DNA of 64,000 nt from positions 3,472,001 to 3,536,000 of the forward strand of contig CM120645.1 of NCBI GenBank assembly GCA_051362555.1, written 5' to 3'. Position 1 is the first letter of the stretch. Every line of letters begins with the position of its first letter. This document shows positions 13,855-28,200 of this stretch, piece after piece. A program made the position numbers and the translations under genes. A model generated the notes under the pieces. The model was not told where the DNA came from, did no database searches, and saw nothing but the letters and a program-made list of their open reading frames with translations. The DNA is from Lingula anatina. Taxonomy: Eukaryota; Animalia; Brachiopoda.

Positions 13855-15660
13855 ACAGCAAAGGTATTGCAGCAAACCTTTGCTGGGACACACTTGTGAA
13901 CATTGTTAGTTATTTTTTAACCCCGTTCAAGGATAATAAACTTGTATATTAGTGTGTAAAAAGACCCTCCACGGTCGTTAAATCAACATTACACAAGCAA
14001 TTGACCGTGAGCGTTTTAAAAGAACACCTCCGCCTTGTTCTCAAAAACGCTGCCTAAATGAAGCGAGGGACCTTGTAGCACTTGTTGCGTTTTCATTGTG
14101 CCTTTCACGTAGTGCTCAAAACCCCCTTTTACGACTATTTAATATTACAGCAAATCGCGAGGAACTTAAGCAAATAAAATAACCAAGGCATACCGGCCAG
14201 GAATTGTTTGCTGTGTTATAAAGCGACCCTAAAATGCACATTTAATATACTTTTAACAGTTGTGTATCTCTTTCAGGCGTTTGCTTACCAAAGTTATCAA
14301 TTTCGTTTGAGGAAATGAGGCTAGTTAAAGTCGAACTCAACACAAACATTTTTAACTGTTAAAGTTTTCTTTCAGGACTTTTATGATCAGAGAGATAGAT
14401 TTCATTACCGAATGTGATGTTTGTGAAACTACAACTGAATCAACAACAGTTGGATTGTAAGGTATGTACTAGCACTAAAGAAAAAAATCTCATAACTAAG
14501 ACTGCATAGCTAAAATGCATGTTGGATTTTGAGGTAGGCAGTAAGCTTGATTACAATAATTGAAAATGTACAAGATGTTTGCATGTTAGTTTATTGACGT
14601 CTATTGCTCTGTTGTTGGAATGCAGAAATGTTACTGACTTGTCGCACACGTTAAATGTCAACTTAAGAAGTATGCAACGTCAGCTGCCGACATCAAACTG
14701 TCTTTGAAGTACTTGCTCGCCTTTTAAACCTTGGTTTCTTGCATACTGTCTCAGCATTAAACAGTAATAAAAGGGAAAAAAGAAAACTTTTTAAGGAATG
14801 GGGATCCATAGTATCGGTAGTGGAGTTCGCAAGCCAATTGCAAGTGATAGAATAAGAGAAGAGTCACTAATCTGAAACCCCGTTAACATTTCGGACAATT
14901 TTGCCCATATAGATGCTAGGCCTACGTTTTTTTTACTGCCCTCTGTTTCATGCAGTCGCTTGGTGAAGTGATTTAATATGCGTTTCAGAATAATAAATCA
15001 ATGCCTCCGCTGCTCTAGTTAGTTCGTTAACATTAGCCATTACATCATCGTTGTACTCCATCGTTTTCAAGACCAGATCGATGGTCGAAGTTGTATTGGG
15101 TTCATAAAGGTTCATAGAGAGTGACTTCTGGATGGAATGCCTACTGAACACCTTGTTTACTAATTGGTGTGTGGAAATATTGAACCACTGCCGACACTGT
15201 GGAGTAAAAAATTTTGTGCATGAAACCGAAGTGTGAAAGGTATGTACATGTATGATAAGATCATTCGCGACAGCAACATCGCATATGTAACGTCAGTGCA
15301 AGACCCTTGCATGTCGCCGCACTTTCGCCGAACAATGTAAAATGAATTTGAAACGAGAGACTCCACCAATATGTATATATGTAGGTCTAAGTGCAGTCTC
15401 GAGTAAGTGTGGATAATACGGTTAGGGTATTCACTCTGTTGTATCTTGAACTATGCACAAGGACAATACCTTCTACTTCATATACATACATGGGTATTCT
15501 GTCTCTTTTTATTAAATAAATTGTATATTCTCAAGAGCATACTTCAAATAACACTGCACTCGGTTTGTGACAGGTAGATTTATGTGTAAGCGTTAAGTAC
15601 ACTGCTCGGTTTGAATGGCAATGGTTTGTAACGAGAAAATATTCTAGAAAACTACTAAGG

Positions 15661-15819
15661 CAGGCCCGTAGCCAGGGGGGTTCAGGGGTTTCGAAAGAAG
15701 CACCCATTTTGCTGGGAAAAGGTCCACTCTATGTACTAGAGAATTTTATGGTAAAAGGTCCACTTTTTCAGAAAACGACCCCCCCCCCCCCCCCCCCGAA
15801 ATTGCTGGCAACGGGTCTG
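15661..15819. mobile_element. MITE, family B (CAGGCCCGTAGCCAG termini)
   Basis: Left TIR CAGGCCCGTAGCCAG, right CTGGCAACGGGTCTG; internal AAAAGGTCCACT repeats shared with 60149-60290. Confidence 0.7.
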
Positions 15820-16426
15820 AAAAGTGTCTGCCATATACCTTTATCTGTATGCTTGTGTGGCGTGGAAGAATTGACATTTGCACGGCTTCTCCAGACGCGC
15901 CTTATGGGAAATTATCAAGATGGAGATGTTTTACCACACCCTTTTTTGTCGTGTAATGTTACTAAGTTACTTATGGCTCTAAAACCATTCGTTGTTGTAT
16001 CGAATTGTTTTCTGTATAAAGAAATACAACGGAGTATACAGAGGGACACATTGGGCCACATACCACCCCTCACCCACCTTGGCTTCTAGGGTACATCCCT
16101 CTACCCTCCGCCAGGGCCGAATATTAATTATGTGCACTGACAGTACCCAGGGATAAGGCTAACCCCATTCCCCAAAAAGGAAAAATGCAGAATGAGGAAA
16201 AACTACATCATTTTTCATCCATATTCAGTGAGATTGCCCTCGTCTGTTATTTTGTATTTGCTGAGTGAAATCTATGTCTGCCAGTGAAAATACCCAGTAC
16301 AGGCATTGTCAGTGCATTTTAGAATAGCAATGAATTTAAATTTAGATACTGATCGGCATCCGAGATCTGCTAGCAGATGTATTTTAATGAATGTTTGCAT
16401 TTGCAGGTTTTCTGTTCTCGACAGAG

Positions 16427-19400
16427 ATGAAAATAGTCGACAGACTGACCATAATGACGTCATCAGTGACGAAGATGGAGTGCCCTAACCTGGTAAGTTC
16501 AGTAATATACATCACTTTTATGTCTCAGTTTTGCTCTCCTAATTAATGCTTCGATTTCTTTCCTTCTAAGATTAATTAGAATTATTTAGTAAAACATTTT
16601 CTTTTCTTTTCTCACTCAGTTATTTACTCAAGTACACTTAAGTGATTACTTTGATTGTAATTTATTTGTCACTGTCTTTTCGTCTGTCTCCTGTCCGTCA
16701 GCCTCTCTATCTCATGCTGTCTGTATGTTTATTTCTATAGGAACATCTTGAAGGGAAGTATGGACAGCAGACAGTACGAATCACCCGCCTTCACCGGGAC
16801 GCTGCTAGGGAGGACATCCAGCCTCTTCTAAAACAGGGTTTCATACTTAGGTATTACTTCCATCTATATATTTCTCTCTCCGTGTTACAATTGCACGCCA
16901 GTGTCGTGTGTATCTTACTGTGCATTAAAGAAGCCTTAAAAGCGTGCTTAATGGGTTTACATCACCCTGATTTTTAAAGACTATTAGAAGGCCGTCTTTA
17001 TTATTAGCATGAAAATGAAAACGGACTCTAATACATGTAGCACATGTGAGTTTCCGGTAGACGCTGAAACTTGGGGTGTTTAAACCTTGGCATTTCAATA
17101 CAATTGCATCGATTGCATATTCATCCGAGAAGGCTGTTTTATTGTGCACACGTTGATATCATTCTTGTATAAGTCAAACAACGGACTGTTCAATCATATC
17201 TGAATACTTGAGAAAAATACGTTTTGAGAAGGCTAGACATTATAGGGCGTGAACTTTTTAAACTACACAATTAACTTTATCAACCGAGGTTTTATATATG
17301 TTTCGTGAATCTTTTCGAAGAACTAAAAAATCGAGAAAAAAGTCCTTAAACCAAAATACTCCTCCGCGAGTTTCTCTCCATACTTGCACATTTAAACTTA
17401 GAGTGTTTTTAACCTCTATTTCAGTAATCTACAACATCCAAACATTATTAGTTTCATCTTTGTCGGAAGGATAGACGATCGGATGCATCTGATAACAGAG
17501 TCATCAGATTACGGTAAGTGCTTTTGTCCATGAAGAACATTTGTTATTACCCCAAATCTGCGAAAAAGGAACAAACATCAATGAAAGGATATAGCGTCAG
17601 AGTCTACGTCATACGTTTGCTAATAAATTCGTATTTCTTAATTTTCCTGAAAACCTTGCTAACTCTGTCAATACAGAAATATTCCATTTATTTGTTATGT
17701 CATCAATTTAACTTTGATAAAAGTGTGCTTGTTTCAACCAGGGTAATTAATTTATGGAAGGCACACATCCTAGCAGGTTTGATATAACGTTAGTTATGAC
17801 ATTTCGTAAAATCAGAATGTAAGCAGCCAATAATGATTTAGCACGCGATTTTGATATTATTAAGATTTTCATTCTTTGTGGATCAATATCAGAACAATTT
17901 TCTAGACATTCTGATTACAATTACTTAAATGGTAAGTGTAGGCTTCAATGCTTATCACATGGGACTTTGGCTGCAATCTGTTGCATATTCTACCGATCCG
18001 TCATATCAGAAAACGTGACTGGAATGTCTTAGAACACGTGTTATGATGACATATGTCCTGTAGGGTTCTTTATTACATTTTGTGTTCGCATCAATCGCTT
18101 GTCTTCTACCCATCCGTTATCTCAGATATCCTGGCTAAAATTGTCGCACAAAATCGATAAAGAGGACCTTGTGTCGATTTTTTTTTTCGGAGTTGTATTT
18201 CCGCTGCTGTCAGTCATCTTTTGTCGTCTGCGTTTTTCAGGTATCTTCATACTTGACTGAATTTTCATTAAAAACTTATTTTTTTAATCAATTTCTGTAG
18301 ATTCTTAAACGTCACTTTGTTGTAATCTGTCACTTATATTACCATTAAAAATGATAATACAAATTTATATTATTACATTTTCTAGGTACTTTATCTGAAT
18401 GTCTGCGGTGCAATCTTCTGTCTTCCTCCTGTCAGCTCGTGGACACGGCACTACAGATCTGCGCAGGGATGACGTATCTGCACGACCGCAGCATTATCCA
18501 TGGAAACCTGGTGAGAAAAAAGCCCGTATGTCGGTCAAAGTGACGCAATGTCTATAGTTACAGGGTCCTTTCTTTTCTTAATTATCCCTTTTTAAATTTC
18601 GTTCTGGCCCGAACCTGAAAACCTGAGCTTCAAGTTTGAAGCGTACAAGCGTTTATATTTTCAGAACTCCATATGACAAGCGGGAGTGTGCATGGAGATT
18701 TGAAAGCCAGCGTGAGCTCTGAAACTTGGTTAGATTATGAAGGTAGAGGTGTAATAAATAAACAAAACAAATAAATAAATAAATAAATCATGACGATAAA
18801 TAAGCAAAGTAGATGTATGAATAATATAGTCAATTAAAAGAACCCCCCCTCCCCCCCCCCAAAAAAAAAAAAGAGAAGATTCTTTTAATGAATGGTAAAA
18901 TGAGGAAGATCTTCTGGACATGTAAAAGAGACTAGCTGTTATACAGCTTCAACTACGCGTGCATGACATGAACTTGTCGTCAGTTGGGGCTTAGCACCCT
19001 TATCAGTATCTTATTTTAATTTAAAATGACTGTGAATTGGTCATGAGTCTTAGAGTCTTGGGTCAATTATACGTGTATAATGGATGTTGTCTAATAACCT
19101 TATCTTAACGGATGACGGGTCTAGGTGGGGCTCACTGGCGGTTTCACTTTTTCAAAAAGATGTTTTGATCGATTTATTTTCTGTAATTGTTACCCACCCC
19201 ACCCCACCCAAAGTTACGACAAAATTTCAAAAACAATGCCATGAGAAAACGTTTTGTAAATGAAAATGGATATTTGCTTAAAAGGGCGAATCTGACATTG
19301 GAAATGGGGGAAATGTAACGAAAACGCTAGCATAATCTGTTTTATGGAGTTTAGCACAGCGACAGTTCGCCTGCAATACCTTTAATGAAAATGCAGACAT

Positions 19401-22161
19401 CTAGCGTACTTCCGTGGTGACATATTACAGCGCCAGTCTTGCTTTGGATGTATTGTCTGCATTTTATAGATAAGCGAGAGGATCATCTTCAAAACGCTTC
19501 ATCACGAGAAGAAAATGTTATTTGAGATTCATAAATGTGATAAAATCGCGTGTATGTATAGGCGCTAGGGCTAATTTGTATCAATATGGCGCACTATAGG
19601 CATTTCATGTCCTTGCGTCATACATGTATCTCCGATCCTGCCTTTTTATTTCTTTTTTTCTGCATGTCTACAATATTTACTGTACACACACACACACACA
19701 CACACACATCATTAAACCAGTATGCCTGCCTTTTTGACTGTAGTTAATGAATAATCAACATATGGACCTGTTATGACTCGATATCTATCTTAGTGGAATT
19801 TTTGTCTTCTGTGGTCTTTTTCTCACTGTTCTATTCTCGAGGGTTTTCTTATGCAATACAGAACGGGCACCCTTATATTGCGTGCAGCTTGTTATTGCGG
19901 TTATTAAGCCTAAAAGAGCACAGCACAGCAGATTATTTAATAAATCCGTTGTCATTTCTTTCAGACTGCGGAGAACTGCGTAGTTACGGCACTTTTCCCG
20001 AGGACAGAAGTGAAGATTGCAGGGTTTCACAGTTCAAGGTTAGTATCACTGGTTGATTTAGGAGTTTGCTTTAGGGAAGTTAGCCAATATTTTATGGTCA
20101 CTTCACTCGGCATGGGAAATTTTCTGTAATATGTTGGGCACAGGAATTGAAGAGTCTCTCGGTTTGTCACTTATCGACTGTCAACCTAACTAAATGAAGT
20201 TCCCCAAAGAAACACAATCAGGAGGTGAGGGAAGGAGAGAGAGAGCCTGTCGTTTGGCTTTTTGCATTATGCAAACAAACTGTGTGTGGTTTTTTATGAA
20301 ATTAAACTACATTTAGAACATGCGTAAATATGATGACTGCATAAGTTCACCAATCTGCTGCATACAGCTTTTGCATGTGATGCTCTTCGCCTCATTGGAA
20401 GGTTTTGTGGTCAACCATCTCATCACGAGTCAGTGGGGAGAGTCTGCGAGTGTCCAAGTTTACGTGCTCATAGTTGTATCCATTTGTAATGCTTCCAAAA
20501 TCTCCCATTGATTCCATCATTTTGGTATGGTCAATAGTAGCTGAGACACCACTGAATTGAGACCACCCTGTGTTTCAGCGATATTTGCTACCCTAAGTTA
20601 CACAGATTCTCAGTTTTCTTTTGCTCTTCATTATATAAGAAGGGTTCTGAACGAAATACACTGTAAATGTTTAAAAAAGATGAAACATATCAGATCTTCC
20701 ATTAACACAGTGTCAGTGTTAGTAAAAAAAAATCTACCACCCAGGATAATGAGTCGTCGAATGTCTTTGCCAATATCAAACATTTTAGCACATACACGGT
20801 ATAAGTGCATCAGCTTTCCCGGCAATTCAATTTACACGAATCTTGGCGGACACTCCAAAACAATTGAGGATGGCATCATACCCGCAGAAACTCAATAAGC
20901 GTGCATTTTGACGAGACATATAGAGCCAATTTTGGTCAATGTCGAATTAATGACGAACCTTGTATTGATGTGTGTTTTTCTTTCAGATTCACAGACGAAA
21001 TCAGCGAAGACCCTTCACCTAAGCCTCTTACCAAACAGAAGCATCGCAAATGCGTTGTTTTCCAACTCGGTCAGTGCGAAGATAAGTCTTGCTGTCCTCC
21101 CTCCACAGACCACGCTGAGCGCGCGTCTCACGCGCAAGACGTCGCCGATTTCGGTCGTCTGCTGTGGACGATATTTGATAGCGGGCAGAACACGGAGGGA
21201 CAGCCTTTTACTACAGAACAGGTACTAGTAAAATGTAGCATATGGGCATTATTTAGACCTATTCAATAAATTACTGTCGGGGCAGAGATTACACATGAAT
21301 GTTGATATTATGTGAAATTCACCTATTTTTTTATCCTATCTAGATAATTATAGGCAAAAGGACATACTTCGCACATATGGTATAATAAGATGCTATTAGA
21401 TAAGCATGATCATACGCAGTGTGCGCACGAAGTATTGCAGCTTCCATCGCGGAAGATAAGGTCGCTTCTTCTGAGGTGAAAAAATTATACTTAATAAGTA
21501 TAATTGTACGACGAAATCCGGTCCATCTTACATAGGCGAGCTAGCTCTGCGAGAAACGGAGATTAAGGGACGACAGTGAATCAACTGTTTTCCTCTACAC
21601 CAAGGTTTATTATGTGTGAGCTGGGATTTTATGGCTAGCCCTGTGTTATTTATACGGATTAAAACGACAAGTCTACAAAAGGTGGCCACAGGTAATGTAA
21701 GATAGCAATTATCAGGTCGTTAGATATGATTTCTCGCGTTTTGACCTGTAATAATATGACCAACGGGGACTTGGCCCATTTCAGCATCTCAAAGCTACAG
21801 TAGTAAAAAAAGACTTGCTGAAATGAGATAAAACAAAACCACGACATCTTAACATAATATGCCATGGGGCGATATGAGAGAAGATGGAGCTAAGAGATTG
21901 TAGCGGTTTCTGTGGTCATGCTACAGTTAGATGTAATAGTCACCGCAGAGGGCAACGTGTAAGTAACATCGCGTAAAGTGAAGTACAGAGTGATACAACT
22001 GTACATCTACTTGATTGAGAGGCCACGTCCCGGGCGTATGCCTACTTTACGGAATACCTAGAAAATAACTATATTAGACGGGGCTAACGGGGGAACGATA
22101 AGGAAGGATATTGTGGTGTCATGAAAGGTAAGAAGTAAGGAAGTGTGAGCTTGTGTGTGTG

Positions 22162-22195
<34 letters not shown>

Positions 22196-25100
22196 GCGTG
22201 TCTCTGGTATATAAGGGTCATCGAAGCCACTGCACACCCTATGTGGCCCGTGGGAGAAATCGAGTAAACTATAAAGCACTTTACCCAATTTTTTTCTGAG
22301 AAACGCACTTGAAATTTTATGTAACGGTTTAAGTTTCGACGCAATCTCTAATATCTGTCTCTGTTTAACAGTGAAATTATACAGAGGTGATATCAGACAG
22401 GGAATTGCGGGGGTTAATTTGTTGCTGTAGTGCCTGTTTGTGCTTGAGCGTAAATAACATCGTAGAAGGCAAAAACCATTCCAGGTTTCACAACACCTAA
22501 GCTATTATTATTAATAATATTGTGAATGTTGTTGTTGCTTCTAGTCTCTAACTATAACATCGTAGAAGGCAAAGAAACATTCCAAGTTTCACAACACCTA
22601 TGCTATTATTATTATTATTATTATCATTATTATCATTATTATTATTATTATTGCTGTTGTTGTTGCTGCTGCTGATGATCTTTGTTTGTACTAAATGTCT
22701 CTCATCTCGCGGAAGAAGATTACCATACTGTGGCACCTTAGCTAATTTGACAAATAGCGGAAGGCGCTCACTAATTTGATCTTAAACGACAAAGGAACAT
22801 TACAATTAATCAACGAATTATGTAAAGCGGTGATGGGAGGGAAAGCTGGCGTCACACAGTACGACATTTATTAAGGATGTTCGCTCCGTTTACTTGGCAC
22901 TGTTATCAGATTTTTTAAAGAAAGAAAGAAAGAAAGAGGGGTCAAACGTACAATGTGTCTGCTGCATCTTTGTTCAAAAATATATGAAAAACATACCTCG
23001 GGATGTGCACGTATGTGTACAGGCAAACTATCACAATAATGGCATGTCTCCTTGTAACATATTGTAGGCAATGCCCGTTATGTGGTTTTAAAATCATTAA
23101 GGAATATAAGCCCTCGGGTATACAACATCTTATCACTAAGACTAACGTTATCAGCAGCGCCCTTCCGTTAAAGATGAAAAAAGAACGGGTCGTTATCCCC
23201 GGTAAATTGTCATCTGAAAGTCCTCACTCTAATCACTTTAGGGATACGGGGTTTTCTCTCTTGATGCGACATTATAGGATATTTATCACTTCACGCGTTG
23301 GACGGGTAAGCGTGTTAATGTTTGCGGTCACGACTACTATAGAGCAAAGACATTTTCTATTGAGACTTAGCTTGCACTTAGAGCACTGTTTGGTGGAATA
23401 GTGGGCCCTATGACAGGTGAGGTTTTGTCGGGTGTCACAGATGATTTTATAGGGTCGTTTTTCTTAATAATGTAAAGTTTGATCAGAGCCAAGGGCCTTA
23501 AATGTGTGTATTCGTTCGTATATCATGATATTACGAACATCTACAGCGCCTCCCTCTTGAACTGGTCCATTTCACATAGTTTGTGAATCCAAGTATAGTT
23601 TTAGACTTGTTATATGTTAGAATTCTGATGTGTGAAAGTGAAAAGTTATACCGTTAAGACAAGACTAAACCTAGCTTTAGAAACTTTAAGTCGAACCGGA
23701 TGTGTGAAATAGAACCAGTGTTTTTGATAGTAAATTTGTATCCTCTTTAATACGTACATGCACAACTCTCAAGACTCAACAGCTGACTGATTTGTCGAGT
23801 AAAAATAGAGGCCTGAAGGCTAAATTCTTGATGTATTCGTGGATGCATACAAAAGAAATGAATGCTATCTCTATTTGAAATTTTGTGTTCGCCAGTGGCG
23901 TTGATATAAGGATTGATAATTATTATATGAACCTTGGATTCATTGACATATTACGCTACCATTTAGTGCTTCATATAGATGGGGTACTACAATGTATAGC
24001 TAAAAGGTGCCTTATACAAACCTCTCCTTAAGAGCCCCGAATGACGTTCAAGGTTCCGCGTGATCTGTCAAACCACAACCACAAACCCCGCATTGGTCGG
24101 TAAAATGCCAGAGTATCCCTCTCTGGCAGGACTGCTGGTCCTAAGTAATGGTGGTCCTATATACAGGACCACTGTTACTAGAAACTGTAGGGCCACGGTT
24201 CCTTTAGGACTTGGATTACTGTTGCACCGTGTTAGCTTCATTGAGAAGGAGTTCAGAGTCGGTCCAAATTGGTCAACAGTGACCACACCCCCATTGCGGT
24301 CAACACAACGTGATGGAATAAAACATCAGTGATGATATTATGTATCAACATGCACGATTGCAGTTTTTAGTCTATTTTAGAGCACTTGTGATTGAAGTGT
24401 TAGTACTGAATAGCAAATAAAGTAGAAAAAAAGCTATGTTTGACGTAAATTTTGCAGTTTCCTCTTCAAGTGTATTGTTTACAAAATTATACAAAGACTT
24501 ACTAGAATAAAAATAGACTGAGGAATTTTAGTTACGTTATAAATCAACTTAATGTGCTCCATTTGGAAGCGGTTTGATGATCACAGGGTTGGTGTGTATC
24601 CTGTAAATAGGACGCGGAGCACATCATGTGTGAATACTGCAAGTCGTGTTTCCAGTCAGCCTGTGTCGAGTCATTTTGAAACGGTACATTTTTTGGGACC
24701 GTTCACAAAGAATTTTTGTCTACCAAGCTAATACGCACAAACTTCTTGAGTAGAAAACAGAAAAGCTGATGATTATACGAGTATGTTGGAAACAAGAGGA
24801 GGAGTGTTAGTCTGTTAATCTGATAGCATTCAGCAAAAGTCCCCGTTAAGTTAGTGCGCTTTATCTAGGTCGACAAAATTCGTTGTAAATAGCCCCGTTG
24901 AAGGTCGCCTCTTTATGATTAGCTAACCGTAGGCAGCAAATCTAGTCCTTCTGTTGTCCATCCTACCGCCATAGCACTTGGGATAGGTTACGTGCCTTTA
25001 TATTGTTTTCCAAAAGAAACCAAGTCAGTTCCAATGGTAGATAGTCGGCCTTCTGCGGCCGTACCAAAATAGATCTCCTTAAACTGACTTGAAAAACAGC

Positions 25101-25224
25101 CTTTTTTATCTCTTTTGCTTGTTATGCTGTTGCGCCACTTAACAGAAGTATATGTCTACTGTGGTACATGTTTTTCATCCTTTCAATGTATTGAAGAAGC
25201 AGTGTGAGTGTGTGTGTGTGTGTA

Positions 25225-25268
<44 letters not shown>

Positions 25269-28200
25269 TAAACGGGGAATATTTCATTCCAGGAATTGAA
25301 AACCTACCCCGATGTCAATAACTATTGCATCAAGTCAAGAATAAAATATTTCAGGCTAATAATATACATTTAGCGCAATGGACCAAAGATGAAACAGCAC
25401 GCACCATATATTACTCACGGTTTCCTGAAAATACATATTACATTATGGTCATAGGGCAATGCTGGTATAGCACACAGTATTTTACTTATCATTTCTACTG
25501 GTATTGCAATGAAGCACCTGCGACATCTCAATTATGCTGAATACTAAATCGGGATCCTTTAATGTAGCCATCATCTGTGGCGGCAGTTACATAAATTATT
25601 TAAGAATTACTGAATATCATGATAATTGTGCAGGATTTTTACAAATAGATTATTCTTTCGTTCTGCAGCTGAAGGATTGGACATGGTCAGCGGTACCTGA
25701 GGCTCTAGCGTCCAGTGTGAAGCAGGTCATCCAAGCTTGCTGTTGTCAGGTAAGATGTGCGTTGTCACAGGGAGAAGACCTTTACGTCCATTGCTAGCCA
25801 ATAAAACCTCGGGAAATCAAGAGAAATAGCATTCCAGATATACAAAGTATCAAATTTATTTTATATGAAGAATCACTTTAAACATTTTCCGTTGCTGTGG
25901 ACGTGTTACCAAGAGGGTTGTCACGGGGAGGGAGGTCAATCACCCAGAATTTATTAAAAGCCCTATTTGACGTCAAGCAGTCCCTAAGCCGGAAAACTCG
26001 CGTTGGGTGGGGGAGAAATTGGAGACAAATGGAGAGGGGTATGGAATTACAGTGATATTTTAAGACGCGTTAGTTGATGAAACATTTATAATACCTAATA
26101 GCTAATGAAGATATAAATATCCTTTCACAATAGGCGAATTGTTTTCATTAGAGGTACAGTACCACGAGGCTGAATTCCTTAGTAAGACTCCACTATGATT
26201 TGTTTAAACATTCAGTTTCATTAGTTGAAAAAAAAACATCAAATTTTGAGACCACACAGGGTATAAATTTGATGTAGGGGTGACATAAAATGTTCTGTTA
26301 AATGCACTTGAATAAAGCACTAGTATATGTACGCAGTATGCTAAATCTGTAATCTATTAATTTGACCTCCGGTTTTGCCGAAAAAGAAGAGGGAGCGAGA
26401 GTTTTTTTTTCGTCACAAATTCGTCCCCTCGGCCCTGGAGTTGATAAGAAAACAGCCACCTTATCAACAGAATAAACTTGACCGGAACTTATCTGATGTC
26501 ATCCCTCATCATGACCAATTTCCAAGTAACGATGAGAACGAGTTCCTGTTTTATCTGGCCGTCTCGAGGTGTCATATAATTTTACCCGATGTGACAGCTA
26601 CGAACCGTACTACGTTCTTATTACTTTGTACAGACTGTACTCTCCGCGATACGTCCGCCTAACCCTTATTTTTAACCATATAGGACCCCGAACTTCGACT
26701 CCTAGGACTACCATTTCTGCCACACCCGGCTGTGAACGTGGATGACCATCTTCATGCGTATTGAGATGTATGGTTGATATATTACATTATCCATGAAAGC
26801 CAGTCATCAGTGCAGGTGCTTAGTGATAATATTTCCTCCCTCCTGAAGTCACATAAGCCAGACCCTGAATTTCAAGGCAACTCTTTCGATCCCACATTTT
26901 TGGAGGAAGTGTGGTCGTGTATTTACACAAAACAAGGATTGTCAAGATTCTGGAATGTTTATTCAAGAAAGGGGATGAAAAATATTCGATCAGTTTTGAG
27001 TTTTAGAGTGCTTGGGCAAAATGGTAACGCAATGTAATTACTTTCTTTCCTCCGTTATCATTTTAGTTCATAGTCTATCGGTGTGTAGGGAGACATACAG
27101 AGCACGCAGCGCAGGCATACGATTCAAAATAATTATTCTCATTATTCATAAGAGAGATGTCTGAATAGAATAATACATATCCATACCACTGCATTGCGTG
27201 GAATAGGGCTTATGAAGTATCAGGCAATCGCAACGGTATACATTGACTTTAGTTTACTTAAAAGATTTAGGAATGCCTCTTTTTGATTGATACTATAATT
27301 AACGGTTTAATTAGCATATATATTGATCGCCCTCTCAGTTTGACCTTATGAGCCTAATGTAATTGGCTTTAAAGCACCTTGTACTCTTATTATGTTGAAA
27401 CAATAAACAGACAAGCCCGCCGAAATATTCAGTCTCGTTTGGTTGTTTAATTTGAGCCACAACTCTGTTAGTGCAAGCTGTCTGTGGGAGAAACCACACG
27501 GGCGAGAAAATAAGCATTGTATTTTTTTAGCTTCACAAACATATGTAAGTTTAGGACATAATCACGAAAAATCGATGCGCTATGTTAAACAGCTGTGCAA
27601 ACAAGACGCATGTCTTATTTTCAGGGAGATAAAAGAGACCGTGGACTTGTATTTACTTACACCCATCCCTCGTTTTAACAAACCAGTGATTCCGATTCCA
27701 CAGCCTCGTTCCATTTCATAAGAGCAGAATGATGTTTTACATAAGTCACTTTTGGCAGCATTAGGCAATGAAATATGTGCTCGTTTTTTACAGGAAACGC
27801 AGCTGAGACCAACTTTCCCAGCCATTTTGTCAAGTATTCAAGAACTGCCCAGTACACTGCGGAATAACGTTGATATAGGTAAGGGTTGCGGGATGTTGGC
27901 GTTTCAGTAAATGTGCATTGCATTTTAACTTGTAAATCTAAGTCTGAAATTTATACCTTAGGTACTTATCTCTTTCAAAGATGACACGAACAGCAGCAAC
28001 TAAGGCGATCGACTGCATATTTACGGAAAAGGCTTTGTGTTGACTTTTTTTACTTTCCTTGTATTATTTTGATAATCCATTGACTTGTCCAAGCTTGCCT
28101 CACGTTAATTTAGTCGTTGAATGAATTTGGAGTTTGACAATTTCAGTATGCTGAGTGGTTATAGTACCAGCAGCCATTTGACCTTTAGGATGTTGTTAAG

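Noticed and set aside
16741-20038. Assignment to STRADA, MLKL or JAK
   Set aside because: Only isolated motifs resemble these; there is no four-helix bundle, FERM/SH2 or STRAD-specific motifs, so no symbol is given.
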